A DNA stretch of 64,000 nucleotides from Chitinophagaceae bacterium (GTDB taxonomy: Bacteria > Bacteroidota > Bacteroidia > Chitinophagales > Chitinophagaceae), in the NCBI GenBank assembly GCA_016721725.1, contig JADKHN010000001.1:651617-715616 (forward strand), written 5' to 3'. Under the pieces are notes generated by a model, which saw only the letters and a program-made list of their open reading frames with translations, was not told the origin of the DNA and searched no databases. Positions 37,189 through 46,551 of the stretch are shown piece by piece; position 1 is the first letter of the stretch, and the number at the start of each line of letters is the position of its first letter. Made by a program: the position numbers and the translations under genes.

Positions 37189-37791
37189 ATGAAATCAATC
37201 ACAAAGATTTTTGTTTTGGCCGGCATGGTGGCTTTTTCCATGAGTGCGAACGCGCAAAAGATCAAAACGGTGGAAGGCGACCCCTCCGTTTTGAAAAATG
37301 AATCCAACATCAATATCGAATTCACCTACGACAATATCTCCGTTGGCAAGTTTGACAATGAAAAGGACTATATCAAGAAAAAGACCGATGAATACAATGC
37401 CAAGGACCCCGGTCGCGGCGATATCTGGGCCAAGAACTGGATCAACGACAGGCAGGCCAGGTATGAGCCCAAATTCACCGACCTCTACATCATCACCAGC
37501 CATAAAACCCTCAGTAAGGACGCCAAGTACACGATGATCTTCAAAACCCTGTCCATTGAGCCCGGCTATAATGTCGCCGGCGGAATGGTGGCTTTTGGGG
37601 GAAGGAAGAACGCGGAAATTGACGCCGAGGTCTGGATCGTGGAAACAGCCAACAGGAGCAATAAGGTCGCCGTACTTTCTGTTACTAACGCACCCGGTGG
37701 CACCTGGGGCGGTTACGACTATGATACCGGTACCCGCATCGCGGAGTCTTATGCCATTTCCGGTAAAAAACTGGCCAAGTACATCTATTAA
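37189..37791 (+). CDS. Hypothetical secreted protein
   Basis: 200 aa with signal peptide-like MKSITKIFVLAGMVAFSMSANAQ. It is on the opposite strand to the flanking biosynthetic operons. Confidence 0.6.
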   Translation: MKSITKIFVLAGMVAFSMSANAQKIKTVEGDPSVLKNESNINIEFTYDNISVGKFDNEKDYIKKKTDEYNAKDPGRGDIWAKNWINDRQARYEPKFTDLYIITSHKTLSKDAKYTMIFKTLSIEPGYNVAGGMVAFGGRKNAEIDAEVWIVETANRSNKVAVLSVTNAPGGTWGGYDYDTGTRIAESYAISGKKLAKYIY

Positions 37792-37842
37792 TAACTTTGT
37801 GTCAGCATAATAAAAAGGGCTTCCGTTTGGAAGCCCTTTTTA

Positions 37843-39135
37843 TTATCGCCGGTCGATGAATTTCACCGCCTTTCTTCCCGTTTCGGGGAACTGGATCTTC
37901 AGTATCTCTTCCCGTGTCATGTATATGATGTGCGGGCTTACCCTCAGCCTGGCCTGCAGGTTGGCCCTGATCTTCCGTTCGGTCTGTTCGTTTCGTTCCG
38001 CGGGCAATACGTAGAGCAACACTTCATCCATGCCGAGATCGTTGGTATAAACTTCAGCCACGAATTCCTTCACTTCCTCCATTTCATTGAGCAGGTCGAA
38101 AATGGCCGGCGGATACAAGGTGGTTCCTTTGAATTTGATCATGTGCTTCTTCCTGCCCATCACCGGGGATAGCCGCAGGGTATTGCGCCCGCAGGAACAG
38201 GGTTCATCATGGTAGCTGCAGATGTCGCCAGTCTTGTAACGCAACAAAGGCATGCCTTCAACGCCCAGCGTGGTGATGGTCACTTCGCCCGGTTGTCCCG
38301 GAGCGACGGGCTGGTTGGTCTCATCCAGTATTTCAATGATGACCAGTTCTGGTTGAAGATGGCCGCCCTTGCATTCGGTGCATTCGGTGAAAGCCGTCTG
38401 CATTTCCGTTGACGCATAAGTGGAAAAGAGCTGGATGTTCCAGGCATCGGTGATCCTTTTACCCAGGGTATTCAACGTGAAATCGGCGTTCCGGATATTC
38501 TCACCGATGCAGATCGCCTTTTTCACGGTGGAAGCGTTCATGTCGATATGATGTTCCCGGGCATAATCGATCAGCTTGATGATGAACGAAGGAACGGCCA
38601 CGATGGCGGTTGGTCTCAGTCTTAATATGGTCTCCCATTGCAGGGACGGAACACCCGGTCCCAGCCTGATGATCCCGGCGCCCATCATCCGAAGTCCGGA
38701 GTAATAGGCCATCCCGGCCATGAACTGGCGGTCGAGCGTGAGCATCATCTGGTATACTTCATCCTGATTTCCACCGGCGCTGATGAAGGACAGGTATTCG
38801 TTGTAAGCCAGTCGTTCCAGGTCGTTTTCGGTGAGGGCCACCATCACCGGGTTACCCAGGGTGCCCGAAGTGGAACTGTATTCGATGATCTTGTTGCGGG
38901 GTACACAGAGGAAATCATCGTTCCGTTGTTGCAGGTCCTCCTTAACGGTGGTGGGCAACACGTTCAGGTCTTCGATGGTCTTGATCCCCCGGGGATTGAA
39001 GCCGGTCTTTGTGAAGAGCTCCTTGTAAAAGGGTGAAAACTCATTCAGGTAAGCGATGGTCTCCTGCAGTTTTTTTTCCTGCATGGCCTTGATGGTTTCG
39101 CGGCTTTTGAAAACGAAGTCGGGTGAATAGTTCAT
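37843..39135 (-). CDS. PaaK/coenzyme F390 synthetase-like adenylate-forming acyl-CoA ligase
   Basis: AMP-binding motif YSSTSGTLGNPV. At 430 aa it has the size typical of phenylacetate-CoA ligase-like enzymes. Confidence 0.8.
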   Translation of the reverse strand: MNYSPDFVFKSRETIKAMQEKKLQETIAYLNEFSPFYKELFTKTGFNPRGIKTIEDLNVLPTTVKEDLQQRNDDFLCVPRNKIIEYSSTSGTLGNPVMVALTENDLERLAYNEYLSFISAGGNQDEVYQMMLTLDRQFMAGMAYYSGLRMMGAGIIRLGPGVPSLQWETILRLRPTAIVAVPSFIIKLIDYAREHHIDMNASTVKKAICIGENIRNADFTLNTLGKRITDAWNIQLFSTYASTEMQTAFTECTECKGGHLQPELVIIEILDETNQPVAPGQPGEVTITTLGVEGMPLLRYKTGDICSYHDEPCSCGRNTLRLSPVMGRKKHMIKFKGTTLYPPAIFDLLNEMEEVKEFVAEVYTNDLGMDEVLLYVLPAERNEQTERKIRANLQARLRVSPHIIYMTREEILKIQFPETGRKAVKFIDRR

Positions 39136-39509
39136 ATGCTTTCAATTATAACTACAGCCGAAGCTATGGTTTTAAGATGTGACAGGGAAACCGTAACCCG
39201 AAGGGGGCCCATCGAAGCAATGGTCTCGGCCGTAGTGCCCAGGAAACTGATCTCGGGTCTTCCAATCTCGTTGTTGAGCACCTGCACTTCGTGAAAGGCC
39301 GTTCCATTCACCCAACCGGTTCCCATCGCTTTAAAAAATGCTTCTTTGGCGGCAAAACGGGCGGCATAATGTTCGTACTTGTTGGCCTTCGATTCGCAAT
39401 ACTCGATCTCACTTGTTGAAAAGACCAATTCCCGGAAACCTTCTTTTTTGCCTACCCGGTAAGCAACCCTTTCCACTTCAATAAGATCGATACCCAATCC
39501 GGTGATCAT
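39132..39509 (-). CDS. acpS: Holo-ACP synthase (4'-phosphopantetheinyl transferase)
   Basis: 125 aa with N-terminus MITGLGIDLIEVERV, typical of AcpS. Confidence 0.85.
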   Translation of the reverse strand: MITGLGIDLIEVERVAYRVGKKEGFRELVFSTSEIEYCESKANKYEHYAARFAAKEAFFKAMGTGWVNGTAFHEVQVLNNEIGRPEISFLGTTAETIASMGPLRVTVSLSHLKTIASAVVIIESI

Positions 39510-41182
39510 GGTGCGGGAGTCAGTTTTTTATTCAGTTTCCTGATCTGTTTATTGATTTGCTCCTTCTCTTTCGCCGTGGCGATCTCCAGCTTCAGGGCCT
39601 GCTGATAAAAATACAATGCTTTTTGATATTGTTCCTTTTTATACGCATAATCACCGGCCAACGCCCAGGCATGGTAAAAATTAGGATTACTGGCCACCAG
39701 GCTGTCGGTATTGATCACGCCGTCATCCAGGATGGTTTGCTTCATTTTCCTGAACGCTTCAAACTGCCGGTAGGCCGGGGTCAGCAGGAAGGTGTCGGCA
39801 AGGACGGTCAGGCTGCTGTCCGTTACCTCCCGGTTCTCTTTCATTCCTTTCAGCGCGAATATCTTGTTCAGGTCGTAAGAAACATATTGACCCAGCTGCC
39901 AGGGAGAGGTGGATACCCAGACCAGCAATTTTTGCGGTTCAAAGACAACGGAGTGGTGTGCGATCAGCTGGTTGATGGCTTTTTCATTGCCCATGCCGAT
40001 GTCGGCGCCGTTCAGCCCTTTCTGGTCACGCAGGATATTGACCGTCTTTTGCACCGTGTTCGGGCCGTTGGCCGATAACAATTCCATCAGTCGCTGGTAG
40101 CGGTAAGACGAAGCACTCTCTTTCACCTGTTCAATATTCTTTTTCGAATTGGCCAGTCCTTTACTCTGAAAATGATTGGTGCAAACGATAAAATCTTTCT
40201 GGGGGTCATACACATCCAGGTCATCGGGCGTCTTTTCAATGATCACCGCTTTTTTATCCGCCGCGGAGGCAATGAGAAAGGATTCAGAGACGAACATCTT
40301 CCGGTTACGGGCGATCGCCAGCGCTTCCCGGATATTACCGGCGTATTGCAATATCTCCCTCGCCACCAGCGATACCGGTGTGGCCGAACCCAGCGGATAG
40401 GAGGATTTGGCCGCGTTGATGGTGACGGTAAGGCCCTTGTCGTTCATGCCGGAAACGGCGCCGATGAAGCCGCCCCAGGTAATGGTCATGAATTTATGTC
40501 CCTGTTTGGGATTGAAGAAGGCCACGATCTTGTCTTCCGCGAATTTATCGCCAACGTAAAAATCAAAATTGCGGCCAATGATCATGGTGCTGTCCTGCGA
40601 CCGGGCGTCCCAGGTACCAAAGGAGGTACAGCCTACCAGGGCGAGGTTCTGCAGCGCATGCCCGATATCGTGAGCAGCATGGTAGTTGAGGATGCGCTGG
40701 TAATTGGTACCGAGGTATTTGTATTTTTCGGAAGCCGATTCCGAGATGCCGTATATCTCTTCCTTGTATTCCTGAGAGATGTTCTTATCCAGGTTCCGGT
40801 TGAACCATCCGATGAAGTATTTCAGGAACTGCCGGTAAAAGGAAGAAGGGATCATTTTGGTGATCTGTTCCGCGAAATGGTCTTCCTGCCGTTTCACCAG
40901 TTCGGTGGTGAGCTTGCCGTTGATCACGCCTCTTTCAAACCCGTCGCCTTCCACATATAATTCATAGAGGCCGCTTTTGCTTTTCCGGAACCAGCTGTCC
41001 TTCAGGGTATAGAATCCGCCGCCATGATCCACCCGTTGCAGCTGCAGACTGCTCTTGTCCTTTACCTCCGGCGGCGATACTTTGGACACCTGCACCACAT
41101 AGATGACCAGGACCAGCAACAAAATGAACAGGCCGGCAAAGAAATAACCGACCCTTTTCCAGAATTTCCTCTTCTTAAGCAT
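39506..41182 (-). CDS. C45-family (acyl-CoA:6-APA acyltransferase-like) Ntn protein with a C-terminal TPR-like region
   Basis: N-terminal TM segment. GCTSFGTW is a candidate Ntn Cys. The C-terminal helical repeats (YHAWALAGDYAYKKEQYQKALYFYQQALKLE) are TPR-like. Confidence 0.6.
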   Translation of the reverse strand: MLKKRKFWKRVGYFFAGLFILLLVLVIYVVQVSKVSPPEVKDKSSLQLQRVDHGGGFYTLKDSWFRKSKSGLYELYVEGDGFERGVINGKLTTELVKRQEDHFAEQITKMIPSSFYRQFLKYFIGWFNRNLDKNISQEYKEEIYGISESASEKYKYLGTNYQRILNYHAAHDIGHALQNLALVGCTSFGTWDARSQDSTMIIGRNFDFYVGDKFAEDKIVAFFNPKQGHKFMTITWGGFIGAVSGMNDKGLTVTINAAKSSYPLGSATPVSLVAREILQYAGNIREALAIARNRKMFVSESFLIASAADKKAVIIEKTPDDLDVYDPQKDFIVCTNHFQSKGLANSKKNIEQVKESASSYRYQRLMELLSANGPNTVQKTVNILRDQKGLNGADIGMGNEKAINQLIAHHSVVFEPQKLLVWVSTSPWQLGQYVSYDLNKIFALKGMKENREVTDSSLTVLADTFLLTPAYRQFEAFRKMKQTILDDGVINTDSLVASNPNFYHAWALAGDYAYKKEQYQKALYFYQQALKLEIATAKEKEQINKQIRKLNKKLTPAP

Positions 41183-42689
41183 TCCTGATTTTTTCTATGA
41201 TGTCCTCATTCCCTAAAAAAGCCGTACAGGTCACCAGTCCGCTCATGGTGGCGCCCAATATGCCGTGCAAATTAAGATTTTGGCCGGTAAGGTAGAGGTT
41301 CGGCAGCTTGGTACGCGGTGAAATGAAGGTCTTGAGCGGATTGTGATAATCCTTTACGATACCATACATCGAGCCGTCCTCATTACCGATATAATCCCGG
41401 TAGGAAAGCGGCGTTGCCGTATAATAAGACTTGATACTTTCCCGCAATTTGGGGAAACGCTCCTCCACACAATCCAGCAGGGTCTCGGCCTTATGTTTTT
41501 TAAAAGCCGCGTAGTCGGGGCCCCGGTCATCTTCAGCGGAAACGGTATTGAAGGTGCTTTCCCATTGACGCACTTCATCATACCGCATATAGGCCAGTAT
41601 CGTCATCGATTCGGCGTAACGGTCTGTTTTGGAGGAGGCCGAGAAGAACACCGCGTAACAAAGCGGCCAGTTGGCTTCGGTATGATCCGCCATATTCCAC
41701 ACATGTCCTTCTTTATGATAATAGTAATTGTGCCTGTTATACGGGTAATGGTCTTTTTTGAAAACAATGTTGAGCACAAAACCGCCGATCGAATTCTCCA
41801 GGTTCCTGATCCGGTTCTTGTAGGCTTGTTTGATGATATCCGTTTCCAGCATGTCGAGGGTACGCACCGGGTGCATGTTGGAGATGAAATGCTTTCCCTT
41901 CACCTGCGATCCGTCGGCCAGTTGAACGGCCGCCACCCGATTCTCTTCCACGATGAATTTTTTCACCTCGGTATTACGGTGTATGACGCCTCCGTGCTCC
42001 CGGATGTTCTTCGCCATGATCTTCCCGATGACCGAACCGCCGTCAATGCATTTCCAGGAACTTTCGATATAGCTGTTCAGGATCATGGCGTGCACGTAAA
42101 AAGGCGTCTTGTCGGCCTGCAATACGTACAGCATATTGTTGCCCACGAGCACGGCCTGCAGTTTCTTATTATCAGTGATCGACTCGATAAAGGCCTTGGT
42201 GTCGATCTCGAGTACGGTGGTCTTCTCGTTCACATCACCACCGGTCCTCAGGTTGTACAAGGGGAATTTGCTGCACACTTCCCTGATCTTGTCGCAATAG
42301 AGACGGAGCGCTTTCTCTTCCCCGGGAAAATCAACCAGCAGTTTTTGAATGAAGTTCTCGTAACCCTGTGCGAAGACGTATTCCTTATCATCGTTTTCAA
42401 CCAGTATCCGGTCAAAGCTGTCCTCATCCATTTTTTGCAGCTTGAGCTTATCGATGATGCCCAGGTATTTGAACACCTGGTAAAGGTTCTGTCCCTCAGC
42501 AAGGCCCCCGAGGTAGTGTACGCCCGAATCGAAGATCACTTTGTCACGTACATAGGTCTGCAGGCAACCGCCGATCTGTTTGTTCTTTTCCAGGACACAG
42601 ACCGAATAGCCTTCCCGGCTCAGGATGTCGGCGCAAACCAATCCTCCCATGCCGCTTCCGATGATCACGATATCAAATGGTTCCGTCAT
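41175..42689 (-). CDS. FAD-dependent oxidoreductase (phytoene desaturase-like)
   Basis: Rossmann motif IVIIGSGMGGLVCADILSREGYSVCVLE. Confidence 0.8.
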   Translation of the reverse strand: MTEPFDIVIIGSGMGGLVCADILSREGYSVCVLEKNKQIGGCLQTYVRDKVIFDSGVHYLGGLAEGQNLYQVFKYLGIIDKLKLQKMDEDSFDRILVENDDKEYVFAQGYENFIQKLLVDFPGEEKALRLYCDKIREVCSKFPLYNLRTGGDVNEKTTVLEIDTKAFIESITDNKKLQAVLVGNNMLYVLQADKTPFYVHAMILNSYIESSWKCIDGGSVIGKIMAKNIREHGGVIHRNTEVKKFIVEENRVAAVQLADGSQVKGKHFISNMHPVRTLDMLETDIIKQAYKNRIRNLENSIGGFVLNIVFKKDHYPYNRHNYYYHKEGHVWNMADHTEANWPLCYAVFFSASSKTDRYAESMTILAYMRYDEVRQWESTFNTVSAEDDRGPDYAAFKKHKAETLLDCVEERFPKLRESIKSYYTATPLSYRDYIGNEDGSMYGIVKDYHNPLKTFISPRTKLPNLYLTGQNLNLHGILGATMSGLVTCTAFLGNEDIIEKIRNA

Positions 42690-45600
42690 ATTGTACCCCC
42701 TGCAGCGGTTAATATAAAAATGGTGTTCGAGGTCAGTTTTGAATCGGCTATCTCGCTACAGGACATATTCCTGGCAGCCGCCAGGTCCCTGATCAGTTGT
42801 CCTGAAAAAAAGTTCAGCCCGCTACCGGTCGTTTTATTGAAATGCAAGATACGGGTTGAAAAGGTTTCGGTTAGCCGGGTTCGCCGGTGAAGGTCTTTTC
42901 GGTCCTTGTCCCCGTCACGGAGGATCAGTTTCCCCCCTGGGTTGAGATTGTCGAGGCAACGTTCCAGGAGTTTTTGCTGGTCGGCCACCGGGAGGTAATG
43001 GAGTACATCGGCCAGTATGATGGTGTCATAATGATCCAGTTCCATACTCATTACATCGGCGGCGATGAAATGCAGGCGGCCGGTCTTGCTGAAACAATGC
43101 GCTGCGGTCGCGATCTTATCCTCATCATAATCGATCCCGGTGATCTCCCTTTCCTCGGAAGTGAACGACAACATATAACACAGGAACCCATAGCCGCAAC
43201 CGATGTCCAGTATCTTTCCCTTCTCCGGCACCAGGTCATTGAAAACCCGGTAATTCTTTTCCAGTCGGGTCTTGATGCGCATATACCATTCGAGGACAGG
43301 GCCCTTGTACAAATAATTATACACCAGCTTTTCCCTGAAATAGACCGGTTGCTCGATCTCTTTACGCAACAACCTGAATTCCTCCCTGAAATAACGGCCC
43401 ACCAGTTTGGCCCTTTCGGAATAACCAGCGCCATAACGGGTGTCGCCCGGTTTGATGCGGGGAAGGAATTTCACCGTCAGCTGTCCGTCCTTAAGCAGCT
43501 TGTCCTGCTTGGTCAGGGTATAATTGGTACCATGGATCATGATGGGCAGGATATCCACCTGCAGTTTTTCGGCCAGGAAGAAGGCCCCTTTGTGAAAACG
43601 GCCGATCGTACCGTCCTCCGACCGGGTTCCTTCGGGAAAGATGATCACCGAATAGCCGTTCCGGATTCGTTCGGCCACCGGGCCGGTATCGGCCTCGATC
43701 TGTTCGGAGGGAAAATAATCGGCCAGGCGGATCACTTTGCCAAAGAGCGGCGAGTTCCAGATGCGGTTATTGGTGACCATGATCAGCTTGGGATGCAGCA
43801 TGATCAGGGGTAGTATATCCAGGGATGACTGGTGATTGGCGATGATGATGGCGGGTTCAGAGAAATTCTCCTGGTCGGGATTGATGATCTTCTTTTTTAC
43901 ATTGATCATCACGTACACCAGCCGGCGGCAGACCTTGCTGATGATGGTATGAAAGGCCAGTTTACCCTTTTCACCCAGTTTGAAGATGGAGAAGACACCC
44001 GAGATGAGGGTAAAGGCCACACTCCACCCGATGAAATAGGAGAACGCAAAAGATGATTTTAAAAAACCCATCAATGTCCAGGGATAACGGTTTCGCTTCA
44101 CCCGGTTCGTGATCAGGATGGAGAAAAGGTAAGGGATCAGCACCTGCGACATGAGCACCACACTCAGGATGCCGATGATGGAGATCAGGGCGATGGACTG
44201 AAGCGCCGGGTGTTTAGCGAAGATCAGCACCCCCAGTCCGGCGATGGTGGTGATCGCCGAAAGGAAGATGGATGACTTGAAGGAAGAGAGATTCTTCTTG
44301 CCGGTCTTGTATTCCTGTAACAGGCCATCCATGATGAAAAGCGAGTAATCGTCCCCCAGCCCGAAGATCAGGGCCGAGACGATGATGTTGACGATATTGA
44401 ACGAGATGCCCGCCAGCGCCATGATGCCCAGGATCCAGACCCAGCTGATGAACATGGGGATGAAGGAGACCAGCGTCAGTTCTATTCTTCCATACATGAG
44501 TAACAACACGATGAATACGAGCAGGGAGGTCATGATGGCGATACTCCCGAAATCGCTGTTGATGATCTCCACGAATTTGCTGGTGAGGTATTGCTTGTCG
44601 AGCACCGTGACATCCGGGTTCTTCTCAAACGCGTCGTAAACCTGTTTTTTATCGCCTGCCGATACCTTGAGCAGGGTGACCACCGAGGCATGACCGGGTT
44701 TTTCGGTGATGTAATCATCCAGGAAATTCCTGCGCACTGAGGCCATGACGCTGTCACCAGCGACGGTGAACTCCCGGTCAAGCATGGCCGCGAATGGCGC
44801 GAATGCGGAAGGATTGAATTTCAGCGTCCTTCCTTCCAGATCCAGTGTCGCCAATAAGGTTTTCTTTTTTTCAGGTGTCCAGTAGGCGGTCCATTTTTCA
44901 ATACGGGCTTTCTGAAGCGAATCGGAAATGATCAGCGACGAGACCCCGGAATATTTTTTCACTACGCCTTGTTCCTGGAGTCGGTCGATGACCTGGCTGA
45001 GTTTTTCATTATGGATCAACGCCTGGTTCAGGGTGTTGCCTTCGGTAACGAGATAGACCGATTGCAGGGCGAAGGCATTGATACGGTTGAGCTGATCCTC
45101 TGACGCCTTGAGGGAAGGAGCCATGAAATTCATCCGCTGCATATCCGATTCAAAGCTCACTTTGGGGGCCCACCAGGCGAAAAAGGCCGTGAGCGCCAGG
45201 ATCAGGAGCACCAGGTATTTATTATACTCGGGCCTTAGTCCGGCGATCCGGTCGATCCAGGACCGTTTCACTTCCAGTTGCTGATGGTTCTCTTTCCGGG
45301 AAGCGATGAAGTGAGGCAGGAAGATGAGTGAGCAAAGCGAAGCGCCGATCAGGCTGAAGGCGGCGAAGAGTCCAAGGTCCTTCAGCATTTCGGATTTCAC
45401 GAATTCAAGACAGAGGAAGCCGCCGATGGTGGTGAAGCTGCCCACGGTCATGGGCATGGCCAGGTCGTTGATCAGGTCGCGGATATTGCGGGTATGCCGG
45501 TAATGGTTGAAGACGTGCAGCGAATAGTTCACGGCGATACCCAGTATGACGGAACCGGTTCCCAGGGCGATCACCGATATCTGCCCCTTGATGAAATAAA

Positions 45601-46540
45601 TGGCGGCCAGGGAGAAGAGTCCACCGAATAAGACCGGCAGCAAGATGATGAAGGGAGCTCTTTTCTTCCGGAAATAGAATCCCAGGAAAATGATGATGAA
45701 GAGCACCGTCACCCCCTGGGTCAATAGGGAATCCCGGCGCAACTGAAGGGCATTGCCCACGGAAACAGCTGTTGCGCCAAAGTACCGGGTTTGAATATTG
45801 GGGTAATGGCCCTTGCTCAATTGACTGATCACATCATCCAGCCCGCTCAGTAAAAGTGCATTCTTCCCGGTATTGTTGGGCGGGAAGGCCGGGGTGATGA
45901 AGAAGAGCAGGTTACGCTGGTCCCTGGTGAATACATAATTATCGTAGAGTTCGAAATTCTCATCGTACTGCAGCTGGCGTATCTTCTTCAGGCCCAGGAA
46001 ACTGATTCCCACCGGATCCTGGCTGATCATTTGTTTCAGCGCGAAGCCCGCGGGGGATGTGAGCGTACGCAGGTCCTGCTCCAGGGTTTGCCTGATCCTT
46101 CCGGGAGTGATCAGCGAATCGATGGCCTGGTAATCCCGGTCGTCCAGGTATATGGGCAGGTGATCGTTGATGGTGCCAAAGAGTTCCAGGGCCAGGCCGT
46201 CATCCACTTTATCACTGATCTTGGCGACAAAGGGATTGAGTTTTTCCCTTATGGCGTCGACCATGTCATCGGCAAAAGCCACCAGGCTGTCGGGCTCGGT
46301 GGCCGAACTGTCTTTCAGGGATACCATGACCACCAGCTTATCCATGAATTTGGATTGCTGGAAGACCTGGTTCAGTTTTTCGATCTTCTGGTCCCGGGGC
46401 AGTATCTTGGAAATGTCCTCTTCAAATTTCAACTGGCTGGCAAACCATCCGAATAAAGACAATAACGCGATGAAGAGGCTGTAAAGCAGAACACGCCGCT
46501 GTTCAAAAAAATCATAAATACGGATGAATAGTTTTCCCAT
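42686..46540 (-). CDS. Triple fusion: MMPL/RND-like transporter + PlsC-type acyltransferase + class I SAM methyltransferase
   Basis: 1284 aa. The N-terminal ~800 aa have two six-TM bundles, as in MMPL proteins. Next come NHQSSLD (HX4D) and FPEGTRS acyltransferase motifs. The C-terminus carries ILDIGCGYGF, a SAM-binding motif. Confidence 0.8.
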   Translation of the reverse strand: MGKLFIRIYDFFEQRRVLLYSLFIALLSLFGWFASQLKFEEDISKILPRDQKIEKLNQVFQQSKFMDKLVVMVSLKDSSATEPDSLVAFADDMVDAIREKLNPFVAKISDKVDDGLALELFGTINDHLPIYLDDRDYQAIDSLITPGRIRQTLEQDLRTLTSPAGFALKQMISQDPVGISFLGLKKIRQLQYDENFELYDNYVFTRDQRNLLFFITPAFPPNNTGKNALLLSGLDDVISQLSKGHYPNIQTRYFGATAVSVGNALQLRRDSLLTQGVTVLFIIIFLGFYFRKKRAPFIILLPVLFGGLFSLAAIYFIKGQISVIALGTGSVILGIAVNYSLHVFNHYRHTRNIRDLINDLAMPMTVGSFTTIGGFLCLEFVKSEMLKDLGLFAAFSLIGASLCSLIFLPHFIASRKENHQQLEVKRSWIDRIAGLRPEYNKYLVLLILALTAFFAWWAPKVSFESDMQRMNFMAPSLKASEDQLNRINAFALQSVYLVTEGNTLNQALIHNEKLSQVIDRLQEQGVVKKYSGVSSLIISDSLQKARIEKWTAYWTPEKKKTLLATLDLEGRTLKFNPSAFAPFAAMLDREFTVAGDSVMASVRRNFLDDYITEKPGHASVVTLLKVSAGDKKQVYDAFEKNPDVTVLDKQYLTSKFVEIINSDFGSIAIMTSLLVFIVLLLMYGRIELTLVSFIPMFISWVWILGIMALAGISFNIVNIIVSALIFGLGDDYSLFIMDGLLQEYKTGKKNLSSFKSSIFLSAITTIAGLGVLIFAKHPALQSIALISIIGILSVVLMSQVLIPYLFSILITNRVKRNRYPWTLMGFLKSSFAFSYFIGWSVAFTLISGVFSIFKLGEKGKLAFHTIISKVCRRLVYVMINVKKKIINPDQENFSEPAIIIANHQSSLDILPLIMLHPKLIMVTNNRIWNSPLFGKVIRLADYFPSEQIEADTGPVAERIRNGYSVIIFPEGTRSEDGTIGRFHKGAFFLAEKLQVDILPIMIHGTNYTLTKQDKLLKDGQLTVKFLPRIKPGDTRYGAGYSERAKLVGRYFREEFRLLRKEIEQPVYFREKLVYNYLYKGPVLEWYMRIKTRLEKNYRVFNDLVPEKGKILDIGCGYGFLCYMLSFTSEEREITGIDYDEDKIATAAHCFSKTGRLHFIAADVMSMELDHYDTIILADVLHYLPVADQQKLLERCLDNLNPGGKLILRDGDKDRKDLHRRTRLTETFSTRILHFNKTTGSGLNFFSGQLIRDLAAARNMSCSEIADSKLTSNTIFILTAAGGTI

Positions 46541-46551
46541 GTTTCGTTCGT

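Noticed and set aside
41343-42890. Long antisense ORFs overlapping well-supported genes. Examples are the 515-aa ORF at 41343-42890 and those at 4802-5359, 10117-10656, 13952-14563, 14481-15305, 15530-16096, 18334-18987, 27078-27749, 28696-29505, 30889-31542, 35596-36261, 40172-40960 and 42887-43813.
   Set aside because: Each lies opposite a CDS with clear catalytic motifs. Their translations are low-complexity (rich in R, G, H, D, V, L) with no recognisable motifs. This is typical of shadow ORFs in moderately GC-rich coding DNA.
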